Below, piece after piece: positions 31,145 through 44,010 of a stretch of 64,000 nt of DNA. Below the pieces are notes generated by a model. The model worked only from the letters and a program-made list of their open reading frames with translations, searched no databases and was not told the DNA's origin. How positions within the stretch are numbered: the first letter of the stretch is position 1; every line of letters starts with the position of its first letter. This stretch comes from Betaproteobacteria bacterium (GTDB lineage: Bacteria > Pseudomonadota > Gammaproteobacteria > Burkholderiales > Casimicrobiaceae), in assembly GCA_040007035.1 (NCBI GenBank), contig JBDTVU010000004.1:3232-67231 (forward strand), in the 5' to 3' direction. The translations under genes and the position numbers were made by a program.

Positions 31145-31211
31145 CCGCCCCTCCCGCCCACTCTCCTCGCCGTTCACGCGTCATTGCGCGAACGCCGTTA
31201 CGCCAGGCCCC

Positions 31212-32942
31212 ATGGATACGCAACGTCTTGTCCTTTTCGTGATCTTCTCGTTCTCCGCCCTGTTCCTTTGGGAGGCCTGGCAGAAGGAGCAGCGGCCCGC
31301 GCCAGCGCCGACGGCGGCGGTTGCGCCCAAAGCGGGGGCCGCGACGCCGCCGGGGGGTGACGTGCCGTCGCCGTCCGCTCCGGCGGCAGTTCCGCCGTCC
31401 GCGGCGAGCGCAGGCGCCCCGGCCGTTCCTGGCGCGCCGCCGGCAGGAACGACGGCTCCGGCGACCGCCGGCCGCCAGATCACGATCAAGACCGACCTCT
31501 ACACGGCACAGATCGACACCATCGGCGGCGTCGTCACGCAAGTCGCGCTCGACCGGCACCGCGACGCGCAGGACACCGCGAAGCCCTACTACGTGCTGCA
31601 ACGCACCGCCGAGCGGACCGCGCTCGCGCAGTCGGGTCTCCTCGGCGACGGGATGCCGAACCATCGCACCGTCTACGAAGCGCTGCCAGGCCCGCGCGAG
31701 CTTCTGCCCGGCGCCGACAGCGTCGAGCTGCGGCTGCAGGCCACCGCCGCGAACGGCGACAAGGTCGTGCAGCTGATGACGTTCCATCGCGACAGCTACG
31801 TCATCGACGTTGCCTACGACGTGACCAACGCCACCGCGGCGCCGATCACGCCGTTCGCGTACTTCCAGTTCACCCGCGACATGAAGACGCCGGGGTTCCA
31901 GAACTCGATGGCGCCGGTCGCGTACACAGGGCCGGTGATCTACAACGACACCGACAAGTTCAAGAAGGTCGATTTCGGCGAGCTCGACAAGCTCGCCGGC
32001 GACACGACGCGCAAGCTGCCGTACACGAAGAACACCGACAACGGCTGGGTGGCGATGGCCGAGCACTACTTCGTCGTCGCATGGTTGCCCGCCGACGAGC
32101 CGAAAGCGCAGCGCGAGTTCTTCGCCCGCAAGCAGGACGGCGGCCTGTACTCCGTCGGCGTCATCCTGCCGATGGGGACGATCGCCCCCGGCGCCACCGG
32201 TGCTGTCCGCGTCCCGCTTTATGTCGGGCCGGAGGACCAGGACCAGCTGGCGAAGCTCGCCAAGGGGCTCGACCTCGTCGTCGACTACGGCATCTTCACC
32301 GTGATCGCCGCGCCGCTGTTCTGGCTGCTGAAGTGGCTGCACGGCATCATCGGCAACTGGGGCTGGGCGATCATTGCGATGACGATCATCATCAAGAGCG
32401 CGTTCTATCCGCTGAATCACGCCAGCGCGCGGTCGATGGCGAAGATGAAGGTGATCGGGCCGAAGCTCAAAGCGCTGCAGGAGCAGTACGCGAACGACAA
32501 GCAGCAGCTGCAGATGAAGATGATGGAGATGTACAAGACGGAGAAGATCAACCCGCTCGGCGGCTGTCTGCCGATCCTGGTCCAGATCCCCGTGTTCATC
32601 GCGCTGTACTGGGTGCTGCTGTCGGCGGTCGAGCTGCGCCACGCGCCCTGGATCGGCTGGATCCACGACCTGTCGGCGCCCGACCCCTGGTACGTGCTGC
32701 CCGTCATCTACGCGATCACCGCGTATCTGCAGGTGAAGCTGTCACCGACGCCGATCTCCGACCCGGTGCAGGCGAAGGTGATGCAGATCATGCCGATCGC
32801 GTTCTCGGTGATGTTCATCTTCTTCCCGGCCGGCCTCGTGTTGTACTGGCTGATCAACAACTGCATCCAGATCTTCCAGCAGTGGCACATGAACCGGGTG
32901 CTGGAGAAGGAAGCGGCAGTCGCGGTGGCCAAGCGGCGCTGA
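31212..32942 (+). CDS. yidC: Membrane protein insertase YidC
   Basis: Start [23 protein letters not shown] at ATG 31212, a large periplasmic domain, and the conserved C-terminal 5-TM core ([15 protein letters not shown]...[20 protein letters not shown]). Confidence 0.9.
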   Translation: MDTQRLVLFVIFSFSALFLWEAWQKEQRPAPAPTAAVAPKAGAATPPGGDVPSPSAPAAVPPSAASAGAPAVPGAPPAGTTAPATAGRQITIKTDLYTAQIDTIGGVVTQVALDRHRDAQDTAKPYYVLQRTAERTALAQSGLLGDGMPNHRTVYEALPGPRELLPGADSVELRLQATAANGDKVVQLMTFHRDSYVIDVAYDVTNATAAPITPFAYFQFTRDMKTPGFQNSMAPVAYTGPVIYNDTDKFKKVDFGELDKLAGDTTRKLPYTKNTDNGWVAMAEHYFVVAWLPADEPKAQREFFARKQDGGLYSVGVILPMGTIAPGATGAVRVPLYVGPEDQDQLAKLAKGLDLVVDYGIFTVIAAPLFWLLKWLHGIIGNWGWAIIAMTIIIKSAFYPLNHASARSMAKMKVIGPKLKALQEQYANDKQQLQMKMMEMYKTEKINPLGGCLPILVQIPVFIALYWVLLSAVELRHAPWIGWIHDLSAPDPWYVLPVIYAITAYLQVKLSPTPISDPVQAKVMQIMPIAFSVMFIFFPAGLVLYWLINNCIQIFQQWHMNRVLEKEAAVAVAKRR

Positions 32943-32955
32943 CGCAGCCCGCGGC

Positions 32956-34332
32956 ATGACGCCGTCGCCGGACACGATCGCCGCAATCGCGACGCCGCCG
33001 GGGCGCGGCGGCGTCGGCGTGATCCGCGTCTCGGGCGCCGGCGTGCCGGCGGTGATCGCGGGCATCGTCGGGCGCCCGCTCGTTCCCCGGCGCGCAACGG
33101 TGGCGGCGTTCCGCGGCGCGAGCGGCGAGACGATCGACCAAGGTCTCGCCGTTCACTTTCCGGCGCCGCACTCCTACACCGGCGAGCACGTGTTCGAGCT
33201 GCACGGCCACGGCGGCCCGGCGGTGCAGGCGCTCCTGCTCGGCCGCTGCGTCGAGCTCGGCGCGCGACTGGCCGCGCCGGGCGAATTCACGCAGCGGGCG
33301 TTCCGGAACGGCAAGCTCGACCTGGCGCAGGCCGAAGGCGTGGCCGACCTCATCGAGGCGGCGACGGCCACCGCGGCACGGGCCGCCGCGCGCAGCCTCA
33401 CCGGGGCGTTCTCGCGCGAGATCCGCGCGCTCGTCGACGCGCTGATCGAGCTGCGGACGTTCACCGAAGCGACGCTCGATTTTCCCGACGAGGACGTCGA
33501 CTTCCTTCGCGCGGCCGACGCCCGCGGCAAGCTGGCGGCAATCCGCGCACGGGTGGCCGCGGTCGCCGCGCGGGCGAAGCAGGGCGCGTTGCTGCGCGAC
33601 GGGCTCACCGTCGTGCTTGCCGGGCGGCCGAACGTCGGCAAGTCGAGCCTGCTGAACCGGCTCGCCGGCGAGGACGTCGCGATCGTCACCGCCATCGCCG
33701 GCACGACGCGTGACGCGCTGCGCTCGCAGATCGAGATTCACGGCATTCCGCTGACCGTCGTCGACACCGCCGGGCTGCGGCCGACCGACGACCCGATCGA
33801 GACGCTCGGCATCGAACGCGCGTGGGGTGCGCTCTCGCACGCGGACCTCGCGCTGGTGATCGTCGACGCGAGCGCCGATGGCGGCGACATCGACCCCGCC
33901 GACACCGCGATTCTCGGGCGGTTGCCGGATGCGCTGCCGCGGCTCGTCGTCCACAACAAGATCGACCTCGTCGCGCTGCCAGCGCACGCGGAGACCCGCG
34001 CCGACGGCGGCACCGCGCGCCGGCACGTCTTCCTGTCGGCGAAGACCGGCGACGGCGTCGACGTGCTGCGGCAGGAAGTTCTCGCGCTGACCGGTGCGCA
34101 CGAGGACATGGAGGGAACGTTTCTGGCGCGCGAACGGCACCTTGCCGCGCTCGCCGAATCCGACGTGCATCTGGCTGCGGCTGCGCAGCACCTCGTCGCC
34201 GCGGCCCCGCCGCTCGAGCTCTTCGCCGAGGAACTCCGCGAAGCGCAGGGTGCGCTCGCCGCGATCACCGGCGAGTTCACCGCCGACGACCTGCTCGGCG
34301 TCATCTTCTCGCGTTTCTGCATCGGCAAATGA
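32956..34332 (+). CDS. mnmE: tRNA modification GTPase MnmE
   Basis: G domain [12 protein letters not shown] and DTAGLR; C-terminal FCIGK. Confidence 0.9.
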   Translation: MTPSPDTIAAIATPPGRGGVGVIRVSGAGVPAVIAGIVGRPLVPRRATVAAFRGASGETIDQGLAVHFPAPHSYTGEHVFELHGHGGPAVQALLLGRCVELGARLAAPGEFTQRAFRNGKLDLAQAEGVADLIEAATATAARAAARSLTGAFSREIRALVDALIELRTFTEATLDFPDEDVDFLRAADARGKLAAIRARVAAVAARAKQGALLRDGLTVVLAGRPNVGKSSLLNRLAGEDVAIVTAIAGTTRDALRSQIEIHGIPLTVVDTAGLRPTDDPIETLGIERAWGALSHADLALVIVDASADGGDIDPADTAILGRLPDALPRLVVHNKIDLVALPAHAETRADGGTARRHVFLSAKTGDGVDVLRQEVLALTGAHEDMEGTFLARERHLAALAESDVHLAAAAQHLVAAAPPLELFAEELREAQGALAAITGEFTADDLLGVIFSRFCIGK

Positions 34333-35387
34333 CGGCCCGCGCCGCGTTGCCATCGGCCGCCGGGCTCGGGCTCGGCGCGCTCGCGGGATGGGCGTGCAGC
34401 CGGATCGGGACGCCGATCCCGTGGATGCTGGGCCCGCTGTTCACGCTCGCGCTGCTGCGCGTCGGCGGCGCGAACGTCGCCTCGCCGCCGGGCGGCCGGC
34501 ACATCGGCCAGTGGATCATCGGCACGGCGCTCGGCCTCTATTTCACGCCGCAGGTGGTCCGCGACGTCGCCGGATTCTGGGGGCTGCTCGCCGCCGGCGC
34601 CGCGTTCGCCATCGCGCTGGGCTATGTGACCGGGCTGCTGCTCGCGCGTCTCGCCGGCATCGACCGCACGACCGGCGTGTTCGCCTGCGTGCCGGGCGGC
34701 GCTGCGGAAATGGCGGTGCTGGGCGAGCGCTTCGGCGCGCGCGTCGATCGCGTCGCCGCGGCGCAGAGCCTGCGCATCGTGATCGTCGTCGCCATCGTGC
34801 CGGCCGCGTACACGCTGCTCGACGTCCACGGCGCGGACCGCTACGCGCCCGGCATCGCGAACTTCGACGTCGCCGGGTTCGCGTTGCTGATGGCCGCCAC
34901 ACTTGCCGGCAGCGCCGTGGCGCAGTGGCTGCGAACGCCCAACGCGTTCGTGCTGGGCTCGCTCGCCGTCGCGATCCCGTTGACGGCGATGGAAGTAAAT
35001 CTGTCGGCGGTGCCGACCGTGGTGTCGAACGCTGGACAGTGCCTGCTCGGCACCGCGTTGGGCGCGCGCTTCCAGCCCGATTTCCTGCGCGGCGCGCCGC
35101 GGTTCGTCGGCGCCGTCGGCGCCACCGTCCTCGCGGCAATCGCGCTCTCCGCTGCGTTCGGCTGGGCGCTTGCACGGCTGTCCGGGCTGCACCCGGCGAC
35201 GCTGGTCCTCGGCACGGCGCCGGGCGGCATCGCCGAGATGTGCATCACGGCGAAGGTGCTGCAGCTCGGCGTGCCGCTCGTCACGGCGTTCCACGTGACG
35301 CGCGTCGTCGCGCTGCTGCTGCTCACGGCGCCGGTCTATGCGCGGCTGCGCGACTTGCGACGGCGGCGAAAGGAGCGATCGAGATGA
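34329..35387 (+). CDS. AbrB-family (duplicated 'putative ammonia monooxygenase'-type) integral membrane protein
   Basis: ATG 34329 overlaps the mnmE stop (ATGA). About 10 hydrophobic segments, with an internal duplication pattern ([11 protein letters not shown]... / [10 protein letters not shown]...). Confidence 0.65.
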   Translation: MTARAALPSAAGLGLGALAGWACSRIGTPIPWMLGPLFTLALLRVGGANVASPPGGRHIGQWIIGTALGLYFTPQVVRDVAGFWGLLAAGAAFAIALGYVTGLLLARLAGIDRTTGVFACVPGGAAEMAVLGERFGARVDRVAAAQSLRIVIVVAIVPAAYTLLDVHGADRYAPGIANFDVAGFALLMAATLAGSAVAQWLRTPNAFVLGSLAVAIPLTAMEVNLSAVPTVVSNAGQCLLGTALGARFQPDFLRGAPRFVGAVGATVLAAIALSAAFGWALARLSGLHPATLVLGTAPGGIAEMCITAKVLQLGVPLVTAFHVTRVVALLLLTAPVYARLRDLRRRRKERSR

Positions 35388-36166
35388 GCTGGGATCCCGG
35401 CCAATACCTGACCTATGCGAACGAACGGTTGCGCCCCGCGCTTGATCTGATCGCGCGGATCCCGCTCGCCGCGCCGAAGACGGTCATCGACCTCGGATGC
35501 GGCGCCGGCAACGTGGCGCAGGTCCTCGCGGCGCGGTGGCGCGACGCGGCGATCGTCGGCGTCGACAGCTCCGCGGCGATGCTCTCGACCGCGCGTGCGG
35601 CAACGCAAGGCGATGCCCGGTACTCCTGGCTCGAAGCCGACCTCGGCGCATGGACGCCGGACTCGCCTCCCGACCTCGTGTTCAGCAACGCCGCGCTGCA
35701 CTGGCTCGACGGCCACGCGACGCTCTTCCCGCGGCTGCTGGCGGCGGTCGCCCCGGGTGGCGCGCTGGCCGTTCAGATGCCCGACAACTTCGCGGCGCCG
35801 TCGCACGCGGCGCTGTTCGACCTCGCGCGCGACGCGCATTGGCGCGACCGGCTCGGTGCGCACGTGCGGCCGCAGCCGGTGGCGGCGGCGATCGACTACG
35901 CGCGCTGGCTCGGCTCGGCGACGAGTGTGGACGTGTGGACCACCGAGTATCTTCAACTGCTGCCGGCGGCCGGCGCCGGCGAGCATCCGGTCGTCGCGTG
36001 GATGAAGGGCGCCGCGCTGACGCCGTTCCTCGGCGCGCTCGACGACGGCGCGCAGCGGCGTTTTGTCGCAGAGTATCGCGAGCGGATCGCGGCGGCCTAT
36101 CCCGCGCTCGACGACGGGCGCGTGCCGTTTCCGTTCCGCCGCCGCTTCATCGTCGCGCTGCGCTGA
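35384..36166 (+). CDS. tam: Trans-aconitate 2-methyltransferase-like SAM methyltransferase
   Basis: [27 protein letters not shown] and SAM motif VIDLGCGAGN. The ATG overlaps the upstream stop (ATGA). Confidence 0.7.
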   Translation: MSWDPGQYLTYANERLRPALDLIARIPLAAPKTVIDLGCGAGNVAQVLAARWRDAAIVGVDSSAAMLSTARAATQGDARYSWLEADLGAWTPDSPPDLVFSNAALHWLDGHATLFPRLLAAVAPGGALAVQMPDNFAAPSHAALFDLARDAHWRDRLGAHVRPQPVAAAIDYARWLGSATSVDVWTTEYLQLLPAAGAGEHPVVAWMKGAALTPFLGALDDGAQRRFVAEYRERIAAAYPALDDGRVPFPFRRRFIVALR

Positions 36167-36307
36167 CGGCACCGCGCGCGACTGGTCAGGCCACTTGGCC
36201 ACGGCGCCGGTTACGGCGCGCCGCCGCCGCGTGATAAATTCGACATCCGCCCCCGTCGCCGCAGACGGCGAGGGCGGCTCACCTCAAGCCACCTGCCGAG
36301 GCGCACG

Positions 36308-38158
36308 ATGAACGCCACCGAATCGCTGTCCGCCCTCGCCACCGCGCAAGCCGCTGTCGGCGCGCCGTCCTACGTCCACCACCTGCGGGTCCTGAACTGG
36401 GTCCGCGGCATCGCCGATCTCACCAAGCCCGCGCGGATCGCCTGGTGCGACGGCAGCGAGGAGGAGTACGACCGGCTGTGCGCCGAGATGGTCGCCGCCG
36501 GCACGCTGACCCGGTTGAACCCGGCCAGGCGCGGCAATAGCTATCTCGCACTGTCCGACCCGTCCGACGTCGCGCGGGTCGAGGACCGCACGTTCATCTG
36601 CAGCGAGCGCGAGGAGGATGCCGGACCGACCAACAACTGGGTCGCGCCGGCCGAGATGCGGCAGACGATCGACGGCCTCTTCGACGGCTGCATGCGCGGC
36701 CGCACGATGTACGTGGTGCCGTTCTCGATGGGTCCCGTCGGCAGCCATATCGCGCACCTCGGCATCGAGATCTCCGACAGTCCCTATGTCGTGGTCAACA
36801 TGCGGATCATGACGCGGATGGGCCGGGCGATCTTCGCGGTGCTGGGAGAGGACGGGACGTTCGTGCCTTGCGTGCATTCGGTGGGCGCGCCGCTGGCCGC
36901 GGGCGCACAGGACGTGGCCTGGCCATGCAATCGGGATCAGAAGTACATCGTCCATTTTCCGGAATCGCGCGAGATCTGGAGTTACGGCTCCGGCTACGGC
37001 GGCAACGCGCTCCTCGGCAAGAAGTGCTTCGCGCTGCGCATCGCCTCGGTGATGGGCCGCGACCAGGGCTGGCTTGCCGAGCACATGCTGATCCTCGGTG
37101 TCACGTCGCCCTCGGGCGAGAAGACCTACGTCGCGGCGGCGTTTCCCAGCGCCTGCGGCAAGACCAACTTCGCGATGCTGATTCCGCCGCAGGGCTTCGA
37201 CGGCTGGAGGGTGACGACGATCGGTGACGACATCGCCTGGATCAAGCCGCACGCGGACGGGAAGTTCTACGCGATCAATCCGGAGGCGGGTTATTTCGGC
37301 GTCGCGCCGGGAACGTCGTACGAGTCGAATCCGAACGCGATGGAGATGATGCGCGAGAACGTGATCTTCACCAATGTCGCGCTGACCGACGACGGCGACG
37401 TCTGGTGGGAAGGGATGACGAAGACGCCGCCCGCGCACCTGATCGACTGGCAGGGCAACGACTGGACGCCCGACTGCGGCCGGAAAGCCGCGCACCCGAA
37501 CGCGCGCTTCACCGTGGCGGCATTCCAGTGCCCGTCGCTCGACCCGCACTGGAACAGCCCCGACGGCGTGCCGATCGAGGCGTTCATCTTCGGCGCGCGT
37601 CGATCCGACACGATCCCGCTGGTGGTCGAGGCGGCCTCGTGGGTGGATGGCGTCTACAAGGCGGCGACGATGGGATCGGAAACCACCGCCGCGGCGACCG
37701 GCAAGGTCGGTGAAGTGCGGCGCGACCCGTTCGCGATGCTGCCGTTCTGCGGCTATCACGTCGGCGATTACTTCGCGCACTGGCTGAAGATGGGTGCCAT
37801 CGTGGCGAAGCCGCCGAAGATCTTCAACGTCAACTGGTTCCGCACCGACGAGAACGGCAAGTACGCGTGGCCGGGATTCGGGCAGAACATGCGGGTGCTG
37901 CAGTGGATCGTCGATCGCTGCCGCGGCCGCGGCCACGCGGTCGAGACCGTGCTCGGCCTCGAACCCGCGTACGGCGACCTCAACTGGACCGGGCTCGACT
38001 TCCCGCCCGACCGGTTCGCGCAGGTGATGAAGGTCGATCGCGCGCTGTGGGTGCGCGAGCTCGCCGCCCACGATGCGTTGTTTGCCAAGCTCGGCACCAA
38101 GCGTCCGCCGGCGCTGACGGCCGAGCGGACGCGGCTGGGCGGCCGTCTCTCCGCGTAG
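36308..38158 (+). CDS. pckG: Phosphoenolpyruvate carboxykinase (GTP)
   Basis: GTP-PEPCK signatures FPSACGKTN and GDDIAWIKP; 616 aa. Confidence 0.9.
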   Translation: MNATESLSALATAQAAVGAPSYVHHLRVLNWVRGIADLTKPARIAWCDGSEEEYDRLCAEMVAAGTLTRLNPARRGNSYLALSDPSDVARVEDRTFICSEREEDAGPTNNWVAPAEMRQTIDGLFDGCMRGRTMYVVPFSMGPVGSHIAHLGIEISDSPYVVVNMRIMTRMGRAIFAVLGEDGTFVPCVHSVGAPLAAGAQDVAWPCNRDQKYIVHFPESREIWSYGSGYGGNALLGKKCFALRIASVMGRDQGWLAEHMLILGVTSPSGEKTYVAAAFPSACGKTNFAMLIPPQGFDGWRVTTIGDDIAWIKPHADGKFYAINPEAGYFGVAPGTSYESNPNAMEMMRENVIFTNVALTDDGDVWWEGMTKTPPAHLIDWQGNDWTPDCGRKAAHPNARFTVAAFQCPSLDPHWNSPDGVPIEAFIFGARRSDTIPLVVEAASWVDGVYKAATMGSETTAAATGKVGEVRRDPFAMLPFCGYHVGDYFAHWLKMGAIVAKPPKIFNVNWFRTDENGKYAWPGFGQNMRVLQWIVDRCRGRGHAVETVLGLEPAYGDLNWTGLDFPPDRFAQVMKVDRALWVRELAAHDALFAKLGTKRPPALTAERTRLGGRLSA

Positions 38159-38192
38159 GCCGGTCGCCGGCGGCTGCCGGCCCGATAGCGAG

Positions 38193-38228
38193 CAACGGGT
38201 TGGGATATTCTCTCAACCCGTTGTTTTT
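38193..38228 (+). terminator. Rho-independent terminator of pckG
   Basis: 10-bp stem CAACGGGTTG / CAACCCGTTG, an 11-nt loop, then TTTTT. Confidence 0.75.
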
Positions 38229-38261
38229 ACGAAACTATAATTCCTGTGGCGGGGCGGCCGG

Positions 38262-39161
38262 TCATTCCGCGTTCTCGAACGCCGCGACTTCGTCGCGCGT
38301 CGGCGCCCCGGCGCGTCCGCCGAATCGCGTGCACTTGATCGCCGCCGCGACGTTGGCGAAACGGGCAGCGTCGTCGACGCGCCGACCCTCGCCCAACGCG
38401 AGCGCAAACGCGCCATGCCAGACGTCGCCCGCGGCCAGCGTATCGACGGCGCGGACCGCCGGGGCGGCGACGCGGCGCTCGACACCGTTCTCGAGCCACA
38501 GGAAGCCCTCCGGCCCCAGCGTGACGCCGACCAGCGTCGACGGGGCCGCCGCCGCGATCCGGCGCAACGCGGCGCCCGCCTCCGCGATACCGGCCGCGTG
38601 GGCGAGCCCGGGTTCCGAAAACGCCGCGTGCGTGGCGCGCCGCGCGAGGTCCACCAAGGAGTCCGGCGGACCTACGTCGCCGTCGAAGAGGGCGGGTATT
38701 CCGGCGGCGCGTGCGGCGTCAAGCAGGATGGCCGCACCGGCAGGCCAGCGGACGTCGGCCATGACGGCGGCTGCGGTCGTGACCCGGTCCAGCGGCAGCC
38801 ATGACGGATCGGCGTCGAGCGCCGGGTCGTTGAACGCGCAGACCAGCCGCTCGCCGTCGTCGGCGACCAGGATCGCCGCGGACGGCGACACGCAGCCGCG
38901 TACGCGTCGGACGCCGCCGACGTCGACGCCTTCCGCCGCCAGTTGCGCGAGGATCCGGTCACCGAGCGCGTCGTCGCCGAGGCGGCCCCAATAATGGGCG
39001 TCGCCCCCCAGCCGGGCCACGGCGACGCTGGCGCTCGCCGCCATGCCGCCGCCGGACTCGGTGAAGCCGGTGGCCAGGATCTTGGTCGGATGGGTGGGGA
39101 TCGCCGCGACGCGGTAGATGGCGTCGAGCGCGGACATTCCGAGGCAGATGATCCGGGTCAT
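38262..39161 (-). CDS. PfkB/ribokinase-family carbohydrate kinase
   Basis: N-terminal ICLGMSALDAIY and C-terminal anion-hole motif DTLAAGDVWHGAFA; 299 aa. Substrate unknown. Confidence 0.75.
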   Translation of the reverse strand: MTRIICLGMSALDAIYRVAAIPTHPTKILATGFTESGGGMAASASVAVARLGGDAHYWGRLGDDALGDRILAQLAAEGVDVGGVRRVRGCVSPSAAILVADDGERLVCAFNDPALDADPSWLPLDRVTTAAAVMADVRWPAGAAILLDAARAAGIPALFDGDVGPPDSLVDLARRATHAAFSEPGLAHAAGIAEAGAALRRIAAAAPSTLVGVTLGPEGFLWLENGVERRVAAPAVRAVDTLAAGDVWHGAFALALGEGRRVDDAARFANVAAAIKCTRFGGRAGAPTRDEVAAFENAE

Positions 39162-39232
39162 GGCGGCGGGGGGGCGGCGTCACGGATTTTACGCGGCGCC
39201 CCGGCGCCTGACCAACCCGGACCCCGCCACAA

Positions 39233-39248
39233 TGTTCCACGTGGAACC
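39233..39248. other. parS: parS centromere-like site (15/16 palindrome)
   Basis: TGTTCCACGTGGAACC, one base from the perfect 16-mer palindrome TGTTCCACGTGGAACA known as a ParB-binding parS. Confidence 0.75.
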
Positions 39249-39496
39249 GGCGGCCGCCTCGCGCTGCGGACGGGCCCCGGACGAGAAGGCGGATCCGGGC
39301 GCGGCGAGGGCCAGGCGGCTCGGTGGTCCCGGGTGACGGGCACAAGGACCGGCGCGATTGCCTCGGCTGCGTGTCCATACCCGCACCGAATCCGTCGCAC
39401 CCGCGAGCCGCCCGGTCGCCGCCCAAGCTTGCCCGGTCCGCAAGTCGGCTGCCGCCGGCCCGGGCGGTGAACTGTTTCCGGGCCCGGGGCACGGCT

Positions 39497-39512
39497 TGTT
39501 CCACGTGGAACA
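39497..39512. other. parS: parS centromere-like site (perfect 16-bp palindrome)
   Basis: TGTTCCACGTGGAACA, 2.8 kb upstream of parA-parB in the spacer upstream of mnmG. Confidence 0.8.
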
Positions 39513-39636
39513 TCCAGCCCCGGACCATGGCCTCGTCCGTACGGCGGCTTCTCCGAACGCGGCGATTGCCGTATGATTCGCGCTCCGCTGCGTGCCTCGC
39601 TCGGCGGCGAGTTTCTGATGTTTTCTTAATAAAATC

Positions 39637-41571
39637 ATGCTCTTTCCAACGCGTTTCGACGTAATCGTCGTCGGTGGCGGCCACGCCGGCACGGAGGCGG
39701 CGCTCGCGTCGGCGCGGATGGGGCGCAAGACGCTGCTGCTGACCCACAACATAGAAACGCTGGGCCAGATGTCGTGCAATCCGTCGATCGGCGGGATCGG
39801 CAAGGGCCATCTCGTCCGCGAGGTCGATGCGATGGGCGGCGCAATGGCGATCGCCACCGACGAGTCCGGCATCCAGTTCCGGATCCTCAACGGCAGCAGG
39901 GGCGCGGCGGTCCGTGCGACGCGCGCGCAGGCCGACCGGATCCTGTACAAGCAGGCGATCCGCGGCCGGCTCGAAACGCAACCCAACCTGACGCTGTTCC
40001 AGCAGGCGGTCGACGACCTCACGCTCGACGGCGACGGCGCTGACGCGCGCGTCACCGGTGTCGTCACGCAGATCGGTTTGCGTTTCGAAGCCGACGCCGT
40101 CGTGCTGACCACCGGCACCTTCCTGTCGGGGCTCATCCACATCGGCCTCGAGCACTACGAGGCGGGCCGCGCGGGCGACCCGCCGGCGAAGAGGCTCGGC
40201 GCGCGATTGCGCGAACTCGATTTGCCGGCCGGGCGCCTGAAGACGGGAACGCCGCCGCGGCTCGACGGCCGCACGATCGACTTCTCGCTGCTCGAAACGC
40301 AGCCCGGCGACGACCCGGTGCCGGTGTTCAGCTTCATCGGCACGCGCGAGATGCATCCGCGCCAGGTGCCGTGCTGGATCACGCACACCAACGAGCGCAC
40401 GCACGAGATCATCCGCGGCGGGCTCGATCGCTCGCCGCTGTTCACCGGGGTCATCAAGGGCGTCGGTCCGCGGTACTGCCCGTCGATCGAGGACAAGGTC
40501 GTGCGTTTCGCCGACCGCGCGAGCCATCAGATCTTCCTCGAGCCCGAAGGACTGACGACGACCGAGATCTATCCGAACGGAATCTCGACGTCGCTGCCGT
40601 TCGACGTGCAGTTGGCACTCGTGCGGTCGATGAAGGGCTGCGAGCACGCGCACGTGCTGCGTCCGGGCTACTCGATCGAATACGATTATTTCGATCCGCG
40701 CGCGCTGAAGTCGACGCTGGAAACGAAGGCGATCCGCGGCCTCTTCTTTGCCGGGCAGATCAACGGCACCACCGGTTACGAGGAAGCGGCGGCGCAGGGA
40801 GTCCTCGCCGGCATCAACGCCGGCCGTTTCGTCGCCGGCGACGCCGGATGGTCGCCGCGGCGCGACGAGGCGTATCTGGGTGTGCTCGTCGACGACCTCA
40901 TCACGCGCGGCGTCTCCGAGCCGTACCGGATGTTCACGTCGCGCGCCGAATACAGGTTGCAATTGCGCGAGGACAACGCCGACCTGCGTCTGACCGAAGC
41001 GGGACGCGCGCTCGGCGTCGTCGACGACGCGCGATGGGATGCGTTTGCACGCAAGCGCGACGCCGTCGCGCAGGAGATGGAGCGGCTGAAGTCGACGTAC
41101 GTGAACCCGAACGTCGTCGCTGCGCACGACGCGCTGCGCGTGCTCGGGCAGACCATCGAGCGCGAATACTCGCTCGCCGAGCTGCTGCGCCGTCCCGACG
41201 TCACCTACGCGGCGCTGTCGACGCTGCCGGCGGCCGGCGCCACGGTGATCGACGCCGACGTCGCCGCGCAGGTCGAGATCGCGACCAAGTACGCCGGCTA
41301 CATCGAGCGTCAGCACGGCGAGGTCGCGCGCCGTCGCGCGCAGGATGACGAGTCGCTGCCGGCGGACCTCGATTACCGGACGGTGCGCGGGCTGTCGACC
41401 GAAGTGCAGCAGAAATTGAACCTGCACCGGCCGGAAACGATCGGGCAGGCGTCGCGGATCTCCGGGATCACGCCGGCGGCGATCGCGCTCCTGCTCGTGC
41501 ATCTGAAGCGCGGTTTCGGCGCGCCCGCGACCGGTGGCGACGGCGCGCCCGTCGCGCGCCGCACGGCATGA
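39637..41571 (+). CDS. mnmG: tRNA uridine 5-carboxymethylaminomethyl modification enzyme MnmG (GidA)
   Basis: FAD motif [12 protein letters not shown]; 644 aa; followed by rsmG. Confidence 0.95.
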   Translation: MLFPTRFDVIVVGGGHAGTEAALASARMGRKTLLLTHNIETLGQMSCNPSIGGIGKGHLVREVDAMGGAMAIATDESGIQFRILNGSRGAAVRATRAQADRILYKQAIRGRLETQPNLTLFQQAVDDLTLDGDGADARVTGVVTQIGLRFEADAVVLTTGTFLSGLIHIGLEHYEAGRAGDPPAKRLGARLRELDLPAGRLKTGTPPRLDGRTIDFSLLETQPGDDPVPVFSFIGTREMHPRQVPCWITHTNERTHEIIRGGLDRSPLFTGVIKGVGPRYCPSIEDKVVRFADRASHQIFLEPEGLTTTEIYPNGISTSLPFDVQLALVRSMKGCEHAHVLRPGYSIEYDYFDPRALKSTLETKAIRGLFFAGQINGTTGYEEAAAQGVLAGINAGRFVAGDAGWSPRRDEAYLGVLVDDLITRGVSEPYRMFTSRAEYRLQLREDNADLRLTEAGRALGVVDDARWDAFARKRDAVAQEMERLKSTYVNPNVVAAHDALRVLGQTIEREYSLAELLRRPDVTYAALSTLPAAGATVIDADVAAQVEIATKYAGYIERQHGEVARRRAQDDESLPADLDYRTVRGLSTEVQQKLNLHRPETIGQASRISGITPAAIALLLVHLKRGFGAPATGGDGAPVARRTA

Positions 41572-42212
41572 TCGCCGCGCTCGATCTCGACGACGCGCTG
41601 GCAGCGCTCGCCGCGGGTGGCGTGACGCTGCCGGAGGGCGCGCCGGCGAACATCGCCGCCTGGCTCGCGCTGCTCGCGAAGTGGAACCGCACGCACAATC
41701 TGACGGCGATCCGCGATCCCGAGCGGATGATCACGCACCATGTGCTCGACGCGCTCTGCGTCCTGCCGCAGCTTCCCGCGCGCCGCGCTCTCTCGGTGCT
41801 CGACGTCGGCAGCGGCGGCGGCGTGCCCGGCCTGCTGCTCGCGATCGCGCGCCCGGAGTGGCGCGTCGTCGTGCTCGACAGCAATCACAAGAAGGGCGCG
41901 TTCCTGCAGCAGGCGATCATCGAGCTCGCGCTCGCGAACGCCGAGGCGGTCACCGCGAGGGTCGAGGACTACGTGCCGGCGGCGCCATTCGACGTCGTGA
42001 TCTCGCGCGCGTTCTCCGACCTCGCGTCGTTCGTCGACGCGGGCGCGCGGCACCTGGTGCCCGGCGGCCTGCTGGTCGCGATGAAGGGCGTGTATCCCGA
42101 CGAGGAGATCGCGCATCTGCCGGCGGGTTTCCGCGTGAAGTCGGCGCTGGCGCTCAAGGTGCCGGGGCTCGACGCCGAACGCCATCTCATCGTCATGGAG
42201 CGCAGCGAATGA
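41568..42212 (+). CDS. rsmG: 16S rRNA (guanine527-N7)-methyltransferase RsmG (GidB)
   Basis: SAM motif [12 protein letters not shown]; overlaps the mnmG stop. Confidence 0.9.
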   Translation: MIAALDLDDALAALAAGGVTLPEGAPANIAAWLALLAKWNRTHNLTAIRDPERMITHHVLDALCVLPQLPARRALSVLDVGSGGGVPGLLLAIARPEWRVVVLDSNHKKGAFLQQAIIELALANAEAVTARVEDYVPAAPFDVVISRAFSDLASFVDAGARHLVPGGLLVAMKGVYPDEEIAHLPAGFRVKSALALKVPGLDAERHLIVMERSE

Positions 42213-42280
42213 CGCCCCGCCCGACGACACGCCGTTGCGCAGTGCGCACGCGATAACGAAGCAGATCCGGAGCTCGATCG

Positions 42281-43111
<831 letters not shown>

Positions 43112-43136
43112 CCGGCCGCCGGAACGGAGAACCACG

Positions 43137-43991
43137 ATGATCCGACCCAAGGGCCTCGGTCGCGGCCTTGACGCACTGCTGTCGCCCGCTGGCGAGGCGA
43201 GCTCGAAGGATTCGCTGCAGATGCTCGCGATCGACCGGTTGAAGCCGGGCAGGTACCAGCCGCGGACGAAGATGGACGAGGCGTCACTCGACGACCTCGC
43301 GGCGTCGATCCGCGAGCAGGGCGTGATGCAGCCGATCCTCGTGCGCCCGGTCGACGGCGCGCGCTTCGAGATCATCGCCGGCGAGCGTCGCTGGCGCGCG
43401 GCGCAGCGCGCGGGACTCTCCGAGGTGCCCGCGCTGGTGAAGACGGTTCCCGATCAGGCGGCGCTGGCACTCGCGCTGATCGAGAACATCCAGCGCGAGG
43501 ACCTGAACCCGCTCGAGGAAGCGCAGGGGCTGCAGCGGCTGATCGACGAGTTCGGGCTGACGCACGACGCGGCGGCGAAGGCGGTCGGCCGGTCGCGCAG
43601 CGCGGTGACCAACCTGCTGCGCCTGCGCGAGCTCGCGAAGCCGGTGCAGGAGTGGCTGCTCGGCGGGAAGATCGACATGGGCCACGCGCGCGCGCTCCTC
43701 GGCCTCGCGACAGGGCAGCAGACGGCGGCGGCGGCGCGCATCGTCGCGCAGGGACTGTCGGTGCGGGAAACCGAGCGGCTCGTCCACGCGCTTGCGCACC
43801 CGCGCGCGGGCAACAAGCCGAAGCGGGCCGCCCGCGCGGCCGACCCGGACCTCGCGCGACTGACCGAGGAACTGGCGGAAGCGCTTGGCGCGAAGGTGGC
43901 GATCGAGCCGAAGAAGGGCGGCGCCGGGCGCGTGGTGATCAGCTACGCGAGCCTCGATCAGCTCGACGGCATCCTCGCCAAGCTGCGCTAG
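43137..43991 (+). CDS. parB: Chromosome partitioning protein ParB (Spo0J)
   Basis: Start MIRPKGLGRGLDALL at ATG 43137 (GGAGA upstream). Arginine patch GERRWRAA and an HTH region. Confidence 0.9.
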   Translation: MIRPKGLGRGLDALLSPAGEASSKDSLQMLAIDRLKPGRYQPRTKMDEASLDDLAASIREQGVMQPILVRPVDGARFEIIAGERRWRAAQRAGLSEVPALVKTVPDQAALALALIENIQREDLNPLEEAQGLQRLIDEFGLTHDAAAKAVGRSRSAVTNLLRLRELAKPVQEWLLGGKIDMGHARALLGLATGQQTAAAARIVAQGLSVRETERLVHALAHPRAGNKPKRAARAADPDLARLTEELAEALGAKVAIEPKKGGAGRVVISYASLDQLDGILAKLR

Positions 43992-44010
43992 CGCCGCCGC
44001 GCGAAACCGC

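Noticed and set aside
35285-35300. A parS-like sequence, GTTCCACGTGACGC, inside the AbrB-family gene.
   Set aside because: Only the left half-site matches. There are 4-5 mismatches to the 16-mer palindrome, and the right arm is not symmetric.
39168-39174. A G7 homopolymer immediately upstream (on the gene strand, C7) of the PfkB kinase start, which could be a phase-variation tract.
   Set aside because: It is short, non-coding, and lies in a genome where G/C runs are common. There is no evidence of slippage from a single sequence.
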